In this document: in pieces, positions 48,419-51,075 of the stretch
How positions within the stretch are numbered: position 1 is the stretch's first letter
How the letters are laid out: the number at the start of each line of letters is the position of its first letter
Virus record (IMG/VR): IMGVR_UViG_3300010401_000013
Location: 1 to 51,075 of that record
Strand: one strand, 5' to 3'
Source of the DNA: a virus
Lineage: Duplodnaviria > Caudoviricetes
DNA length: 51,075 nt
Notes under the pieces: model-generated
Databases searched by the model: none
Told to the model about the DNA's origin: nothing
The model's input: the letters and a program-made list of their open reading frames with translations, nothing else
Program-made: the position numbers and the translations under genes

Positions 48419-48424
48419 GCGACT

Positions 48425-48700
48425 ATGAGCAAACGTAACTCCACCTTACGCCGTAAACGTTATAAAGCCCGAAAAGCTTTCGATGAAATCAATCGTCATT
48501 TGTGGCCATGGCAACGGCAGCTTCTAAGTGCGTTCACTAGTAACGCCAAGAAGCTTGAACGGCGGTTGAAAAGCGGCATGCGCCGAAGACCAAAAGATAC
48601 AACTATGTATCACAGGCTACGACTTATTTGCGAACCAATCTTTGCCACCCTTCCACCAGAACACCGCACACTCATTCCAATAATCTATCGCCGTGGCTAG
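48425..48700 (+). CDS. Basic hypothetical protein
   Basis: 91 aa, R/K-rich. Confidence 0.5.
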   Translation: MSKRNSTLRRKRYKARKAFDEINRHLWPWQRQLLSAFTSNAKKLERRLKSGMRRRPKDTTMYHRLRLICEPIFATLPPEHRTLIPIIYRRG

Positions 48701-49730
48701 GCACCCTCTCCTCTGCACCTTAGCTAACTACCCACGCAACACTTGCGGGTGGGGCTTAGCTGTTACAAATACCCTAAGACTAGCATCCCGCAAGCTATTT
48801 AAATATGGAACCAATCTTCAGAATCCCTCTGCAAGAATCTGTGAAATCTACATCCCCGACGCGGGATACAAGTTCGGACAAGTTGACCAAGCGGGAGCGG
48901 AGGCGAAAGTTGTTGCGTATCTCTGTCGGCACGGTAATCTGCGTGATTTATTTATTAGCGGCATTAAACCTCATGTGTTTGTCGCAATGCATGTATTTGC
49001 TGATTTATGGGAGAAGTCAGTGCTTGGTCCTATTGGGGATTCTATCAAGCCTTATATCAATTGCAGCGTCCCTGTTCTTAACAGTCTGCCCAATTTTCGC
49101 CTACTTAATAAGGCGATAAAAAATTCTGAACGTGAATATTACGTTGGCAAAAAATTATGCCACTCTTGCAACTACGGCGTAGGTTGGTCCACGTTTCAAG
49201 ATACGGTAATGAAGGATTCTGAGAATACGGTCTGCCTATCTAACGACGAAGCAAAATACTATCACGGAATGTATCATGATATCTTTCCAGAAATTCAAGA
49301 GTGGCATCACAGGGTTAAGCAAGAGGTTCTTGAGACGAAAATGTTACGAAATCTGTTTGGCTATCCACGTCAATTTACCCAAGGATTATCATATGCTTTC
49401 TGGAAGGAATGGTATGCTTTCGTTCCACAGTCCACAGTGGCAACAATCACTAACATCGCCACAGTTGAGATGCAGCAGCATATCGAAGATAAAAAACTTG
49501 ATTGGCACCTACTCAATAATAAGCACGACAGTTTCCTATGTGAATTCCCAGACAGTGTGGCAGATGAACACGCCTGGGTTTTGGAAGCTAGAAAACTTAT
49601 TGAGAAAGACTTAGTTGCACCCGACGGCACACCTTTTAAAATGGGAAGCGAAGCACATACAGGCTTTAATTGGGGTAAGTATAACGAAGAGGAAAATCCA
49701 AATGGTTTACGAGAATATACGTTACAGTGA
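48693..49730 (+). CDS. polA: DNA polymerase A, C-terminal part (palm/fingers)
   Basis: TLRLASR...NLQN; motif A DQAGAE; motif B KKLCHSCNYG; motif C KHDS. Confidence 0.9.
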   Translation: MARHPLLCTLANYPRNTCGWGLAVTNTLRLASRKLFKYGTNLQNPSARICEIYIPDAGYKFGQVDQAGAEAKVVAYLCRHGNLRDLFISGIKPHVFVAMHVFADLWEKSVLGPIGDSIKPYINCSVPVLNSLPNFRLLNKAIKNSEREYYVGKKLCHSCNYGVGWSTFQDTVMKDSENTVCLSNDEAKYYHGMYHDIFPEIQEWHHRVKQEVLETKMLRNLFGYPRQFTQGLSYAFWKEWYAFVPQSTVATITNIATVEMQQHIEDKKLDWHLLNNKHDSFLCEFPDSVADEHAWVLEARKLIEKDLVAPDGTPFKMGSEAHTGFNWGKYNEEENPNGLREYTLQ

Positions 49731-51075
49731 GCACACCCTGGGAAGATTGGCTAGTGGTTAACCGCAACAATATGTCGCCAGACATATACCAAAAGTATGC
49801 GTTCTATTTCATGATAGGAGCGGCACTGCAAAGGCGTGTGTGGGTTAACAACGAGGAGAGGCCATTATTTCCTAATATGTTCGGATTTCTTGTTGGCCCT
49901 GCCGCTCTTGGTAAGGGTGGAATCCTGAAACCAGTTCAAGACCTGCTTGGATTCCATCGCCTAACAGACAAAGCAAAAGTTTTTGACGAGCAACGAGTTA
50001 AGGCTGACGCGATCCAACTCTTGAAGTCTCCCGAATTCTACACTCCACAGATTCTGGCTAAGAGTGGACAGCCGCTATTTGCGCTTGCACCATCCTCTAC
50101 TTCATTTGAAGATTTGGTTGAAAAGCTATTTCTGACCATTCGAACTTACACCAATACTGACGAGACTGGAAAGTCAACCGTCTATACTTACAGACCCTGG
50201 GTATTCTTGCTTGAAGAATTAAACTCACTATTCAAGAAAGGTTACTCTAACGTCAACAATCTGCTTCTCTGCTTGTATGATAACTCACCTTACCTGCACT
50301 CCACCAAAACTGGCGGTGAAACCTTCCTGAAGAATACCTGTGTCTCCATGCTTGCTGGGTGTGTCCCCAAATTTATAGAAGAATGCATGGGAAACAGCAT
50401 GCTCTCTGACGGACTTGCGTCACGGACATTCATTGTTTATGCCTCGGAAAATAAAGGCCTGATTTTTGAACCTCCTGCAACTACACCAGACCAGATTGAA
50501 GCAAGGTATAATATCCTTTGCTGGCTCAAGAAACTGTATGATGTTTTCGGCCGATGCACCTACACTCCCAAAGCTCGTGAGTTGGGACAGTTCTATGTGG
50601 AAAAATCCATTAAGGCTCCAGGTAACCCAGCCAAGTGCTTGCAACCATTCTACGGCCGCATGTCTGCACACCTTCCAAAATTGTGCATGGCTGTCCACTT
50701 CTCACGCTCATTAAATTATGTCATCACCGAGCGTGACGTAGAGGATGCTTGGTCCTTAATTCAAGAACTTGAAGTGCAGATGGATGTTCCTTTACGCACA
50801 CTAGGAATGAGCCGTGAAGCGGTGCTCGCAGAACGCATCGTCTCTTGGTTGGAAAAGCGCCCCGAACGAACCAAAGAAGAAATCATCGTAGAGCACATTC
50901 AGTATGCGAAACCTATTGAAATCTACGAAGCAATCACCTACCTTCTTACCATCTCCAAACAAGTCGTTTGCAAAACCCTAAACAAAACTGCCGTCTACTC
51001 GAAAGTAAACGGCAGCAATATAATCAAACTACCAGACCCACCAAGAGAAGCTACTGACTCAAGGCCGGTATCAAA
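49727..51075 (+). CDS. DUF3987-type P-loop helicase; continues across the circular join to TGA at 131-133 (452 aa; missing from ORF track)
   Basis: Manual translation from GTG 49727: IGAALQRRVW...LFPNMFGFLVGPAALGKG...LLEELNSL...DGLASRTFIV; no stop codon before the contig end. Confidence 0.8.
   Translation, partial: MSTPWEDWLVVNRNNMSPDIYQKYAFYFMIGAALQRRVWVNNEERPLFPNMFGFLVGPAALGKGGILKPVQDLLGFHRLTDKAKVFDEQRVKADAIQLLKSPEFYTPQILAKSGQPLFALAPSSTSFEDLVEKLFLTIRTYTNTDETGKSTVYTYRPWVFLLEELNSLFKKGYSNVNNLLLCLYDNSPYLHSTKTGGETFLKNTCVSMLAGCVPKFIEECMGNSMLSDGLASRTFIVYASENKGLIFEPPATTPDQIEARYNILCWLKKLYDVFGRCTYTPKARELGQFYVEKSIKAPGNPAKCLQPFYGRMSAHLPKLCMAVHFSRSLNYVITERDVEDAWSLIQELEVQMDVPLRTLGMSREAVLAERIVSWLEKRPERTKEEIIVEHIQYAKPIEIYEAITYLLTISKQVVCKTLNKTAVYSKVNGSNIIKLPDPPREATDSRPVS
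50953..51075. repeat. Terminal direct repeat, copy 2
   Basis: Identical to 1-123. Confidence 0.97.

Noticed and set aside
45956-48692. Self-splicing intron or mobile element interrupting polA
   Set aside because: The interval is tiled with ordinary replication genes; no homing endonuclease, transposase or intron core seen

Overview
This window is a complete, circularly closing ~50.95 kb genome of a tailed dsDNA phage; positions 1-123 are identical to 50953-51075. The gene set is podovirus-like and has two divergent arms. The minus-strand arm (26242->99) is morphogenesis: terminase, portal, scaffold, major capsid, tail/fibre, lysis and ejection proteins. The plus-strand arm (~26600->end, wrapping to 133) is early/replication: many small ORFs, SF2 helicase, PD-(D/E)XK nuclease, dNMP kinase, AAA recombinase, Acb2/Tad1-like sponge, SSB, split PolA, MazG, DnaQ, ligase and DUF3987 helicase. 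I recognise no integrase, phage RNA polymerase or sigma factor. The most striking signal is an apparent sigma54-based transcription programme. The phage encodes a stand-alone sigma54 activator (bEBP AAA+ core with no regulatory or DNA-binding domain). Correctly oriented -24/-12 motifs (TGGCA-N7-TGCT) sit at the heads of the late operon, the capsid unit and two early/middle units. Other oddities: PolA split in two by about seven genes, virion-region proteins with Sec signal peptides, a ~500 nt hairpin-dense non-coding region, a tRNA-like RNA lacking a normal anticodon arm, an iteron-like origin and a micropeptide cluster. All calls come from motif reading by eye, without database searches. The host (possibly Verrucomicrobiota/PVC) is only an inference.
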